Translations under genes and position numbers: made by a program
Shown here: piece by piece, positions 44,668 to 61,608 of the stretch
Position numbering within the stretch: position 1 is the stretch's first letter
Layout: each line of letters begins with the position of its first letter
Assembly: GCF_009914755.1 (NCBI RefSeq)
Contig: NC_060937.1
DNA: 64,000 bases
Source: the human T2T-CHM13v2.0 reference genome, Homo sapiens
Direction: 5' to 3' (one strand)
The notes under the pieces: model-generated
Seen by the model: only the letters and a program-made list of their open reading frames with translations
Database searches by the model: none
Told to the model about the DNA's origin: nothing

Positions 44668-45246
44668 CCTCCCTCCCTCCATCCTTCTCCGTCCCTCCAT
44701 CCCTCTCCCTCCCTCCTTAATTCTCCCTCCCTGCCTCTCCCTCTCTGCCTCTCCTTCTCTCACTCTTCCCCTCCCTCTCTCACTCTTCCCCTCCCTCTCT
44801 CCATCTCTCTAGCCTATATAGATAGATAGATATGGATAGGTACATATAAAGAGATTTATTTTGAGGGATTGGCTCCTGTAATTGTTGGGCCTGAGAAGTT
44901 TCATGATCTGCCATCTGCAAGCTGGAGGTCCAGGAAATCTTTTGGTGTGGTCACAGTCCAAATACAAAGCCTGAGAAATAGGAACACTGATGTCCAAGGG
45001 CAGGGAAAGAGAGTTATCTCCGCTCAAGAAGAGAAAAAAAATGTGCCCTTCTTCAGCCTTTTTCTCCTATTCAGGCCCTTAATGGATCGAATGATGCTCA
45101 CTCACATTGGTGAGGACATTCTTCCTTACTCAGCCGTGAAATCCCTTTCAGAAGCACCCTCATAGACACATCCAGAAGTAATGTTTTCCCAGCTATCTGG
45201 ACATCCCTTAGCTCAGTCAGGTTGACACATAAAATTAACCGTCACA
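44592..45246 (-). mobile_element. MLT2 solo LTR with expanded internal CT-rich tract, nested in an older LTR-like sequence (~44465-45640)
   Basis: 'tgtattagtcaggggttctccag'...'cacataaaattaaccgtcaca'; TSD a(g/a)ccc. Confidence 0.82.
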
Positions 45247-46433
45247 AACCCTGATGTCAGTAACTGCTGAGAGCAGATACTACCCCTAGGCCTAGGGATA
45301 CAAAAGAGAAGAGAAGAGAAGAGAAGAGAAGAGGAGCTTGGAGGAGGCCTCCACCCCACCCCACTGCTGATGTTTGTCCCTGGGTTGGGGGCATGTGTGC
45401 TGCCGGGAGTGCCAAAAGAACTTGGAGGCTGTAGCAGTGGCTGTCCAGAAACTGGAGAACATGACAGAAATATCTTCTCCCTTCTTTCTGCCTTCCAATC
45501 TCCTGTCTGTGCCTTCTGTTAGCCTAAGAGAAGGTAGAAGTCAAGGAAGCCTTGGAAATGTTTTGTAAAATCGCGGGCCCAGCATCACACAGCAGATCAT
45601 AGAAAAGTGGCTTTAGTGCTGAAAGACAATATGCAAATCATCAATCCACAGCTCTGCAATAATTATTAGTTAATATAGTACCTTTTTGTCTAAATTTTTG
45701 TACAAGCAGGCACGTTTTACTTTTCCTTAAGACTCCTTGAAACCATTTATAGTTGTTTTATACCTTGGGACTTTGTGATCACAAGGGGTACAGAGTAAGA
45801 TTGGATCCTATCATTTTTAATACCCCTAAAATACTATTGCAAGATGAAAATATTATATTGATGTTTTATTAATTCATATACTCACACATTTTAAATTATG
45901 TTCTTATGCATTTTTTATTTTGGCATTTGATATTATTATTCAACTGACAGATAAACAATTTTGGAAAGCTAGATGAATTTTCTACTGGCTTCAAATCTAA
46001 AGCCCTGCAAAACTTCAGGGTAAGTTCAGCTTTCCAAATTCAATGCCAGATAATGTGGTTTGAGATCTACTTTCATTAAACATTGTCGCAGCCAATTTTC
46101 CACAGAATCACAGTGGGCTTGCATCCTTAATTGGCTTTAAATTAGAAACATGTAACCACTCTTCCCAACCTTTTCAATTTGTCACCTAATGGCCTTTCCT
46201 GAAGATTCCCAGAATATTAATTTCTTTATATATTATATCTTTATACATAAAGAGGTATTATTTATTGACTGTTACTAAGTCATGCACAAAGTTAGAAGTA
46301 AAAATCCTTTATTCATAGTGAGAGAAGATGGTGAGTAGGAAAGATTAAAAACTCAAGAATACTTGAGATCAAACTCAGTTATGACAACATTGATTGTCTA
46401 TGGTATACTTATGTGCTGTATACTATTTTTATA

Positions 46434-46650
46434 GCAGAATTTCTCAATCTTGACACTGTTGACATTTTAGGCCAGATAATTATTTGTTGTGGGGAGCTGT
46501 CTTGTGCATTGTATGATATTTAGTAGCATCCTGACATCTAACCACCCGATTCCAGTAGACTCCTTAGATCTTGTGACAACAAAAATGTCTTGAGGTAGTG
46601 CTAACACTCCCAGGGGCACAAAAATGACTCCTCTCCCTAGTTGAAAATGT
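46434..46650. mobile_element. MER20 hAT MITE
   Basis: 'tttctcaatcttgacactgttgacattttaggccagataattatttgttgtgggg...gtgcattgta'. Confidence 0.8.
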
Positions 46651-46687
46651 AAGTTTCTTCAACTAATTATAATTCCTTCCCATGATG

Positions 46688-47082
<395 letters not shown>

Positions 47083-47929
47083 CTAGCATATGCCCAACTC
47101 AGCAGATTAGTGCATAATTGGTGTAAATAAGTGGCATAACCCCTTGGAGTAAGTTAATGTTTTTTTGGCTATGGAAACTTGCCTCTCAAAATGTGGTCTG
47201 ATTAACATCAATTGGGATCTTTAATTCTGCATTTAAAATTTGGGTATTCTGTTCATCATGGATTTTTGGTATTCATTTTGATTTTTCAAAATATTGCATG
47301 AAAATATTATTATCTTCATTGCTGAATTTTTTGTCAACCCTTAAATTTTGTGCCTAGTCTTGGCCCTGATAAAAGCAGAAGGTCAGGCCCCAGGTCAGTC
47401 TTACTAAATCAGAATTTGCATTTTAGCAAGATCCTCAGGTGATTGAGATGCATAATAAAATTCAAGAAGCACTGCTGAAGTGCTGTTGGGATGGGGTGCA
47501 GGGGGGCGGGCAGGATTGGAGAGGACAGTGTGGGGCACATTTCAGATATCTGTTCCTCAGGTCTTCCTCATGAGCCTTGTGGAACAGTGGCTATGGAACA
47601 AGCGGAAGCTACCAGGACAAGCTGCTTTCATGAGGGATCAGGTGAGACATCTTTCTTTTCGATGCCTCGTTGATAAAATGTGGCACAAAGTGGGAAAGAA
47701 GCACAATCCCCCCCTATTCTGTGACAAACATGGTGAAACTTGCATGAGAAGTCATCAGGGAATGCGACCATCCTCTAAAATGACCAGTTTTCTGCTTTGG
47801 AAGCCCTGGGAGACCATGCCTTCGGGAGGAGGATGCTGGCACCCTCAAGTGGATCCGTGGGCCATGGTGGGAATGAGGAATAGGAAAGGAGGGCACGTGT
47901 GAGACACGTAGAGAAGACAAGACGGGAGA

Positions 47930-48949
<1,020 letters not shown>

Positions 48950-49879
48950 TACAGTCCCTAGGTGGGGTTTTCAGGGGCCAAAGGCCTGCAATATTTGGGC
49001 GAGGGCGGAAGCCAGTGAAGTTATCCGTAAATCAGGTAACTCCACTAGAAGCTATAAACTAGAGAGAGGGAGGACAACTTAGGTGACATAGATTTATTTA
49101 TTTATTTTTATTTGAAATGTTGAGGGTCTCCTCTGCCTCCAGCAATGGCTGGGTAAACAGGGGTGACATGCATGTGGTTAGTCTTCAACAAATACTAATT
49201 ACATAACTGCATGGATCCTGAGATTGAACATTTGACTTGGGCCACATTAACACTCTTCTCAAATGAATAAATTATAGACCCAGAAATAGATATTGCATAT
49301 TATGCCAACACTAGTTGGTTCTTAAATCTGTGGCATCCCCTAGAACTCAGTTATGTTGAAGAACAGGCACATTTTTAGGCATACAGAAATTGCATTAGTA
49401 ATTGATATATCTCACGTGTGTTCGTACTGTCCTGTTAAAGGGTATGTAGAGTGGCTGTTGTGCTTAATAAGATATAAATTTGCTTAAAATTTTATTACAT
49501 TTATGTCATTTGGTATATTCCTCTTTAAGATATACCATATGTATAATTAATTCCACACAGGAGTCTCTGTGTGTATGTGTGTGTACCCACATTATGTTAA
49601 AAGTATGTTAAATGTGTGTATACTGTATATATGTATTTTTAAAAGGGTTCCTATGCTTAAAAAGTCAAAAACCCTAAATAGTAGATTATACTTTTATACT
49701 TCTATTTCACTGATGAGGACACTCTCAGAAATTAAAGTTTTGCTCAGATGATTAAAAAATATGCAGCATTAAAAGTCGGTATTAGAATTTTGTGCTTCAG
49801 ACTCTCATGTCCTCGGGCTCAATTCTCTCTGCCACTTTAACTCAGCAGACAAAAAGTAAACTATAAGAAAGCAAACTAT

Positions 49880-50600
49880 TTTAACTATGAAAGGTGACCT
49901 AAAGAAAAATCATTTCAAGACCAAGTTGGTTGCAGCAAAATTCATTAGCCTCCTCCAGGATGAAAGCTGGTGTCTGGGTGACATTCCAAGGTTACTAATG
50001 CTTGTCAGTCCAACAACTTGCAGACTGTACATGATGGGGAATCTTTGGGGTTTGGCATCAAAGGAGAAAGGATGTAAAAATGGCCCTGATGGATGTTCTG
50101 AGGTTGTTTGATCTAAATCCAGAGAAAATAGCAGCTATCACAGCTGATGGAGTACCCGCTATGACTGGGAAGATGAATAGGACAGAGGAAAAAAAATTAA
50201 AGTCAGAAAAGCTTGTGCCAGACATTTTATCATATCTTTTTATTTTATTTTTTACAAACTAAGTTGACAACTTGGAAATCCCTTTGTGCAGTTTATAAAA
50301 TAATGAATTCTAAATGAGGGCCTAGATTCACCAACAGACCAAGCAATTATGTAAACAATTTCTGTTCCCCAATATGGCTCCCTGTCATTGCATTTTCAAG
50401 TCAAATCACTTGCACGAGGTGGAACCGTAATATATATGACACATATCTTTGAAGCATTAGCGATCAGACATGGTGAGATGCCAGTTCCCCGATGTTCCAA
50501 TGACAAGAAAGGTATCCTGTGTTATGTTTCCACTCCTGATTTACACTCAGAGAAGAGTCAACTGAAAGACAAAAGTGCTACAGGATAATTTGTATTCTCA
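49880..50600 (+). mobile_element. Ancient hAT (Charlie/Buster-like) transposase fossil
   Basis: SLLQDES (cf. SLQLDES), ITADGVPAMTG (cf. TDGAPAMxG), HFQVKSLARG (cf. HTEVRWLSRG) occur in the correct order. Confidence 0.6.
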
Positions 50601-50678
50601 TATCATTTCTCCTACGTTTGGTGGCGTTTATTTTCTGATTTCATTACCATGGCTATTTCTTACTTTCAGGCTCCCTTT

Positions 50679-50680
<2 letters not shown>

Positions 50681-50714
<34 letters not shown>
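50681..50714. repeat. (CA)n microsatellite
   Basis: Read directly from the sequence. Confidence 0.95.
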
Positions 50715-50716
<2 letters not shown>

Positions 50717-53700
50717 CTTAAAAGTTACAATTAGTCATGTGGTTTCTTATGTGTCTGCTTTAAAAGTGTTTACTTGTGTTAATGCTGGTCCTTTCTGTAG
50801 CTTACTAGCTCCTGGCAAATGAGTACCAAGTGTATTATGCCCTTTGTGTTCTCCCCACACAGTGAGTGTTCAATAAATACTATTGACTGACTGACACATC
50901 TCCCTCCTTTTCTCTTTGTCTCTGACACCTCTGCTTTCTTTCAGAAATGATATTTTTTAAAGTGGCAATGTTCCCTACTTTGGACTTAAAAAAAAAAAAA
51001 AGCTCTTCTCAGCCTCAAACTTTTCCTTATGTAAGATTTTCAACAATAGACAAAATACAGGTGGAAAGAAACCGATATTCTCCTACCCCTTAACAATAAA
51101 TTCTGTTTTTAATTGGAGCGTGACAAGTATCTCACAGAATAAAAGCTTTCTCTCCAAGAACAACGTTAGCGTGCACATCTCCATTGAAGTAGCCATTAAA
51201 AAATAATAATACCTCCTGCCCGTCCTACCCACTCCAACAACTCCTGACTTCAGGGCAGGGTATTAATGGGCAGCCTCCGCTTTATTTTTCTTCTGTCACA
51301 CGATGGGTCAGAGACACTGTCTATAGTCAGTGTCTCTGTTGTTCTCTCATAGAACTTAAATAACAGTTTGTTCTCCTTTTGAAACAGATGCCCAAACTAC
51401 AATTATTTTTTTAACCTTCCCTTAGGAAAAGTCTTGGTAGTTCACTGATATCCAGAAATATGGACTTTTCAGGAGACATAAAAGTGTCTCCTCCATCAAC
51501 CTGAGCGTTGTTTGATCTCACAGAGGCAAGGTAGCATGCCTTTATTATTGTTTGCTTTCTCTATTAAAGCTATTATGGCCTATACAGTTGCGGGAGATGA
51601 TTGTTCCAGAGAGTTTGCCCTCATGTCACATCCTTCCATTTGTGTCAGCCTCCTGGAAAAAGTGCAGGTGAGAAAATCTCAACCTAATGTGGCACCTGCT
51701 CTTCACAGTCTGTCTCTACACTCACAGCAATTAGAGGAGGAAGAAGTGCTCTCTTTGGACCTGTTTCTGTATCCTGTTTCTTTTCTTCTAAAATTCCTAT
51801 TTTAAAGCCTCTTGAAAGAAAAAGAATATTCAGGAAAAGAGAAGGCCATAAATAAAAGAAGGATTAGCATGACATGCAAATGTTTATGAACATTTCTCCC
51901 TTTGTTCACCTGCTCGCAGGTGTCTGCCTGGTTGCTGCTGCTGACGCTGTGTCTCTAACATCCAAAGCAATGTAACTACTGCAGTTCCCTGACCTATTTC
52001 AAGCCCTAGGGACGCCACCAGAAAAAAACGACCACTGAATATCTTAGTTTGGTTTTCTCCAGAAGCAGAACCCAAGATGAGGATCCTAAGTGCAAATTGT
52101 TTACTTAGGAGTTGGTCCTGGGAAATCAGGGGAGATGGTGCCATCTGGCATCAGAGGTCTGGTGCTTTACATAGTTATGGGGGATGTCGGAGACAGGTGT
52201 CCAGAGTGGGATGGCTCCATTTTCCTCATGGTGCTTGATCTATCTCCTGGGACCTAGAGTAGAACAACATGTGGGAAGACAGTACAAAGAAAGGCAGTGG
52301 GGGCAAGAGTTGCTGTGACCCCAGCCTATGGCCCAGGGCTCTTCCTCAGGTGGAGAAGGGACCTGGGGAGTGACATCCCTGTTGGGCCCAGGTTCAGCAG
52401 GGGAAGCAGCCCAGGTTGTGGTTTCTTCAGTGAAGCCAGGACAGACACAGACAAAGGGAGTTATGACAACAACTCAAAATCCCCCTTCTCACTTTTTGAA
52501 CCAAAGAGAGCAAAGGGATGAATTGGGGCCAGGACAATTGTCAAACTCTAAATTTGCTCCCTAAACATGTCCCTAAACTGTTCTAGGGCCAGGAAGACAA
52601 AAATAAGAGGCAGTATCCATAGAATGTATACCACGCCCTGACCTGTGGGGTAGCCACATTTGACACAGGAAGCCAAAGCACAGATAAATAACCAAGGCCA
52701 CACAGTTGGCAAATAGCAGAGCAGGGATTTGAACTCCTGCCACCAGACTCCAGAGTCTGCACTTCTGACCATTGCACGTAGGGCCACAGGGAAATAACAT
52801 TTATTCACATCTATGCTCATCTTCACTCCTGTCATTTTCCCAACATGCAGTAAGAAATGATGGTGCAGTGTCTTAGGAACTGCATAGCTTTCCTCATAGA
52901 GATTCTTGGATTTGGACATCATGTCTGGGGCTATCTTCTTTACACACTCTTTATTATTGGTTTCTGTAAGTAAAAACATGGTTTACTAAAGGATGCAGGC
53001 CCAGAACAGTATTCTTAGCATAAGGCAAAGGGCACTGTACTGACATTATAAACTCTTTATTGATTTTATTGATTCACCTTTCACCTCTTCTATAACTTTG
53101 TATTCTTATTCCCACTGTAACACACCTATGTTCCCCATCCAAATGATCCAAGTAAAGAAGTGGAAACCATTCCTCTTTCCAAGGCAATGAGTACAATATG
53201 TAAGGGGAATCCAGCCAGCATAACTCTTTGATAGTTCTGCCTGGAGAATATGCTTGGCATGATAATTATTCAGGTAATTTTTTCCTCCCAGGAGGACAGG
53301 CGGTTATTTTGACAGCTTATTTCACTGTTACAGATAAAGTTTACATTGTCAATTAATGGGAATACACCAGGTAATAGTCATGAGCTCTCAGGGGATAATC
53401 TCGAAGCCTTTTCCAAATGTCCTTTATAGAAGCATATGGTCATATCCTCCACTTCATCACCAGGTCAATCAGCAGTTGCTCTTTAATATGGTATGTTCTT
53501 CATGCACCAGTGCAATTTCCAAGCTCTATCCCATTTGGTTTTCCCCCCATGGTGCTTGAAAGTTGCTTAAGCCACTGATTATTGCCTTGCCATGAGCTCT
53601 GATCGCTCTTCTGGATAGTAGGCATTCAGATGTCATCTTTAATTTGTGATATTAATATTGAACTCCATCACCGTTCAGTGGTTTTAGTGAAGTATTTACA

Positions 53701-55209
53701 TATAGACTAGCAAAGTGTTTGAGCAGTGCATTGAAAACTGTCCATTCCTAATTGGAATCGTAAAGTTTACCACAGCATCTGCATGATGTGGATATGATTT
53801 CTGGTTATAAAGCAGCCTTGGAGGTTTGCTTTCAGAAACAAATGAGATGTGTCTTTGCAGCTCTGTATTTCCTCACCCATTCCGACTGTTCATGATTGGT
53901 GGTGACAGTGCTCTAAGAACTGTTTTTTACAACCTCACACACTTTTAGGAAAGATTAACTATCTCAAAGAGTTTTTACTGGGAATCACATTTAAAATTAA
54001 TGAACTAATTAGTTAAGAAATGTATTACTTTATTATGGAAAGAGAAACCTGGCACCCTAATGATAGGATGAAATGTCCTTTTATTTTATGACATTAGAGG
54101 AAGGTGGACTTGTTAAGAACATTTGGACTGCTACTATCAATTATATGATTTAAAGATCACCTCATCCTGTGAGAAAAATGGATTATAAATCAGTATTTGA
54201 GAGGCTCGAAAGGATGAAAGAGAGAAAAAGAGAAAAGAAAAAGGGAACATCTTCCTAGTTGTGTTGTTAGATGACCCTGCACCCTGGTATGTTTAAATTG
54301 CTTACTTACTTCCTATAACTCTATAAACTTCTGTGTTTTCATTTGCTGGATTAGATTGAAGTATCAGCTATATTTGATGAATGGCATTGGTAATATATGT
54401 TCATGTTCGTCTTTGCTCTTTCTGCTTTTATTTATATAGTCAGTATAATTTATTTCTCCTGAAAAAGCTTTCGGCAAAAAAGATTTTTTAAAGTACAAAT
54501 ACTTTTTAACGGGGCTCTGGGGTTTGTGATGATCAAATCACTCATCTTTCCTCCTTCATTCTAGGTTTTTTTTTCGCCTCTTGCTTACTTTTAAAACTAG
54601 AGACTAAAAAAGAACATAGGAAAGCTCAGTGGTTGCACCATTGGGGATCGTAGTTAGCACTGTCAGCAAGCCTCTAGCACAGTCTATGTGTATATTAGTG
54701 GAATGATATGAAGAATTGCATAATTATCTGGATAATTTAATTAAAAAATACCAGTCTGTAGCCTTTCCTATGCAAACACTGTGTTCACTTATAAAGCAGG
54801 CCAAGCATAAGACTGAGAATTTATAGTGGTTCTAGCTGATTAGAGGGAATTTGTTTCTTTCTAAGGTGGTATTGAGAAGGAATCCGTGATGATCTTGAGG
54901 TGAAAACGGAGCACCTTGTTAACTGTGTAACCAGTTACTCACTCTGGTTTTTTTACTTAGATCAAACTATCGTGTTTACATTAAAAGACATGCCTACCTG
55001 TTTCAAAGCTCTCAGAAGGATAATAGGTAAAAAGCAAGGTGAATAGGGAATGGCGGACTGAAATCACAGTCAGCCCAGTTCAAGTCTGAAAACTACAAAA
55101 TGGGAGGTACAGAAAACTGTGTAAAATATAATAAACACAAGGCTGAATTTTGGGGAGTGCCTTGTTTGTTCTTTCCTTTCTTTCTTTCTTCTTTTTTTAA
55201 AAAAATAAA

Positions 55210-55528
55210 AATGGTCCCAGGCTTACTATGGTTTGCCTTACTATATTTTAACTTTACAATGGTGTAAAAGTAATACATATATAGCAGAAACCATACTTTG
55301 AGTACCCATACAACTATTCTAATTTTCACTTTCAGTATTTAATAAATTACATGAGATATTCAACACTTTAGTATAAAATAGGCTTTGTGTTAGATGATTT
55401 TGCCCAACTGTAGGCGAATGTAATTTAAACACGTTAAAGGCAGGCTAGGCTGCATTTTCAACTTAATTTTTTTTCAACTTATGATGGGTTTAGTGGGACA
55501 TAACCCCATCATAAGTCAAGGAACATGT
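55210..55528. mobile_element. MER47A-like Tigger MITE
   Basis: 'aataaattacatgagatattcaacacttt...aaaataggctttgtgttagatgattttgcccaactgtaggc...aaccccatcataagtcaagga'. Confidence 0.8.
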
Positions 55529-55707
55529 ATATTCTATCATTATCCTAAACTGCATCTTTCCCTCATTTCTTTTTTTATCTTTTTTGTCATCCAATAATTT
55601 ATCCTGCTAGTTGAATCCAAGGTCTTCTTATTGTTTACCTAAAGGCTATTGAAACAATGATAGACACAGTAAAATGCCCAAGTTAAACCAGTTCAACCAC
55701 AGAATAA

Positions 55708-57782
<2,075 letters not shown>

Positions 57783-58419
57783 TGCACATAACTGGATTTC
57801 TGCTTTGCATTTGTCTCTGATCCACAGAAATGACGATTACCATGACCCACTTACACACAACCTGTGTTCTGACTGCCCCGGGCTTAGATCTTGACTTGTC
57901 TAGGACTCTGTGAAACAAAAAGAGATGACATACATGCTTTTGGAAGACTCTGGACACATTTGTTCTGACACCAGAGAGTCAAAGAAGCTGAACTTAAAAA
58001 AAAGTAAAGAGAACATAAGAGTAGCAAATTACAGTCCTGCATGACTGAGCACCAGATATAAGTTCATGAATTTTAAAAATTAGAATTGAGTCAAATTTTA
58101 TTTCTCATGTACATGTGGATAAAGTGAAGAATGTGTTTATCATTTTTAAATGCAAAAGTTTCTCAGTTGTGTGATTAACATGCAAAATGTGGATCAAATT
58201 CTACCTTTGCCTATTCTTTTGTACAACACTTTACAGTCAGTTGATATAATTCCTGTTTGTTTGAGAAAAGAGTATGTTAACATTTAAGCTAACATAAAAA
58301 TAAGGTTAATTTTAAAGAACTAGGTGTTTCTATAACTGCACAAGCAATCATTTGAGGATGCTTAAAAATTATAAATGTATGAAAATTTTTATAGCTTTAG
58401 CTCTGGAATAAATGTTATA

Positions 58420-59350
58420 TTATGATCCTTAGATGTCTAATAGACATCTCAAATTTAACACAATCTAAACTGAACTCTTCATATTTTATTTCCCTACATC
58501 TTGCTCATAACTACTTCTGCTACAGTTTTCCCCATTTTTTTTCTTCAGTTTTTGTTTGTTTGTGTTTTGTTTATAGGTGAAGAGGTCTTGCTATGTTGCC
58601 CAGGCTGGCCTCTAACCCCTGGGCTCAAGTGAACCTTCTGCCTTAGCATCCCAAGTAGCTGGGACTACAAGAATGCGCCACCATGTCCGGCTCATATTCT
58701 TTCAGGTTTTTATTCTTCCAGTTGTTCAGTCCAAAAACTTCAGAGTCTTCTTGACCTCTCTATTTCTCTCTCACATGCCATAGCCAATCTTTCAGCAAAC
58801 CCTATTTATTCCACCCTCAAAATACTCCTCAAATCTCACTACTTCTCCTCATCTCTATCGCTACCACTCTCTCTTTCTCCTCTGAATTACCATAAGACTT
58901 GTCTAACTTGCTGCCTGCTTCCACCTTTGCTCTTATAGAGTGCATTCTCAACAGAAAAGCCAGAGTGATTATTTACAAATGTACATCAGGGCACAGATCT
59001 CATCTGCTCAAACCCCTCCAATGGCTTCCTTGACACCCCCCAGGGTAAAAGCCAAAACTTGACAATGCCCGATATAATATGGCTCGCATTGCTTCTTTGA
59101 CATCATCTGTTATGCTCTCCTTTGCTCATTCCATTTCTGTCACCTTGTTTTTGCTGTTCCCCCTTCCTGGAGCATTCTTCCAGATATCCTAATGGTTTAC
59201 TCCATTATAACCTTTAGGTCTTTGCTCAAAGGTCAACTTACCAATAAAAACTTTCTTTATTACCTTATTTACAATTGTACATTACACCTCCTGCACTACC
59301 TGTCTTCCTTTCCTTCTTATTTTTCTTCATAGTACATATTACTATCTAAA
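58420..59350 (+). mobile_element. L2 LINE fragment interrupted by a FLAM (58533-58692, -)
   Basis: 'gatgtctaatagacatctcaaatttaaca', 'ctcaaacccctccaatggcttcc', 'ggtctttgctcaaaggtca'. Confidence 0.75.
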
Positions 59351-59559
59351 TATGTATATACATACACACACTATGTATATATATACACACACACTCATTC
59401 ATTATATATATAATGTTAGACTGATGTAGATAGTAATACTAAGATAAACATACTATGTGTGCATGCATATTACTAACATACTATATATATATATATATAG
59501 ACTATATATAGTCAATGTTTTTATGTCTGGATGTATATGTGTGTACACATATACACACT

Positions 59560-59691
59560 AATTTTTCTTTTTTGTAGAGACAGGATCTTACTTTGTTGCC
59601 CAGGCTGGTCTCAAACTCCCAGACTCAAGTGATCTTTCTGCTTTGGCCCCCAAAATGCTGGGATTACAAGCGTGAGCCACAGCACCAAGCC
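59560..59691 (-). mobile_element. Alu left monomer (FLAM/AluJ) next to TA/CA-rich low complexity
   Basis: 'tttgtagagacagg...ttgcccaggctggtctcaaactcc...gggattaca'. Confidence 0.8.
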
Positions 59692-61295
59692 TGATACTCT
59701 ATTTTTGATCTACACAAATGGCTATTTCATACGGTTCAACTTAGTATTTTGTCTACATTTCCCATCTGTTTCTTACCTTTTGCCACCTCGGTCTTCTCAC
59801 CTCTTGGCTCAGTTCTGGTTTGTGTTCCTCACACTCATCCAACACCTCTCAATATCAGTGCCTAAGTGAAGAACTTGTATGTCCAGGGTATTTCATGACC
59901 CTTTCTTCCAATGCTTTCTTCATAAGCCCATCTGAGGTCTCTCCCACATCAGCCATAGGAGGTAGCACTAGAAACATCGCAGGAGTCAGATGCATATGAG
60001 ATGAGGACACTTACTTCTCCCATTAATCTCCCTTGCATATTTCTGGGGACTCAGGGCCAGCGTCTAAATTGGCCAACATACATAGCTGGCTAACAAGCAT
60101 GGTGCTAATGCTGTCTTCTACATACCTTTGATGAAATGATCATGTATAACAGGTGACCCAAGCAGATATGGTATAGTAATTTAAAATGGATTAATCATAA
60201 ACAGAATAGGCCAAATTAAAGGTGAAGTTGGACACTGTGTAATAACAGGGCCTTGCTTTGGCCTTGTGGAAAATCAGAGAATGAGCTTTGGAGAAAGACT
60301 TGGCCATAGGGTAAGGGTAGGGCTGGAGAGCTGAGCAGTGGGGATTATCTGGGAGTGTGATCAGTCTGCATTACCCAGTTCAGAGGAGGACACTTCCTAG
60401 TCAGCTTCTGGGTAGACAGGTGAGCCAAGGAGGCCTTGGCTGGTTTTATCTAGCCAGCAGGGTATAGATAGGGCAACAGGGGCATAAATGGAGGAAGTAG
60501 AAGGACTGGCAAGTTGGCCTTCCCACTTTCTTTGACCTTGGAGAGAGATGTGGTCCCTGGGCCTATCCAGGAGCCCACATCCAGAATGGGACATAAATTG
60601 TGTGCTCAGGCATTCTCAGCCCTGGCCCAGCTACACCAACTCCTCATAAACCACATGGACTTTCTGGACTTTATTTCCCCACAGAAGACAAATACACAAA
60701 AGCCCTCGTATGACATGTTTTCCCCATCCTTCAGCTTCCCAGTCTTGGCCCACTCCTCATACCATCTTTACTGCCACCTTGAACCTATGAGTAAGGTGGA
60801 AATCTCCTGGAACAAGTACAGAAAGGAAACCACTTCTTCTGCTGTTAATGCAGATCATGTTTTTTTGACAAATAGATCACTGGAGAGAGATTGAGACAAA
60901 TTTGTATGCAGAAGGACCTTTATGTCTTGTTTTGGTTGACTTTTTAAAAAACTTTTTATGTAAGACTCACGAATTGCCAGAGTTCCTGTGTATCCTCCAC
61001 CTGGCTTTCCCTGATGATAGCCTCTTACGTGATCATAATATATTATTAAAAATATATTATTGACACTGATATCCTATTTTTTTCTTTCTTTTTTTTTTTT
61101 AGTAATGTCTCTGCAATGCAATACCCTATTATTAACAGACAGATGGATCTTGTTTTATATCAACAAAAGAAGAGCTTCCATCTTTGATTACATTGGCTTT
61201 TGTCTGGGTTAACGCAAAGTGACTCAGAGTGGCATCCTCTTTTCTGCATCTTCTGTCAGATTGATAAAATATGATTGTTAAGAATTGGATGGATA

Positions 61296-61608
61296 GGGCC
61301 AGGAGCAATGACTTATGCCTGTAATCACAGCACTTTGGCAGGCTGAGGCAGGAGGATCATTTGAGGTCAGGAGTTCAAAACCAGACTGGCCAACAGGGTG
61401 AAACCCCATCTTAATTAAAAATACAAAAATTAGCCAGGCATGGTGGTGGGTGCCTGTAATCCCAGCTTCTCAGGAGGCTGAAACAGGAGAATCACTTGAG
61501 CCCGGAGATGGAGGTTGCAGTGAGCAGAGATGCTGCCACTGCACTCCAGCCTGGGAGACAGAGTGAGACTCTGTCTCAAAAACAAACAAACAAAAAAAAC
61601 AAAAAATG
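61296..61608 (+). mobile_element. AluS/J
   Basis: Full Alu; TSD aagaattggatgg (61280 / 61610). Confidence 0.9.
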
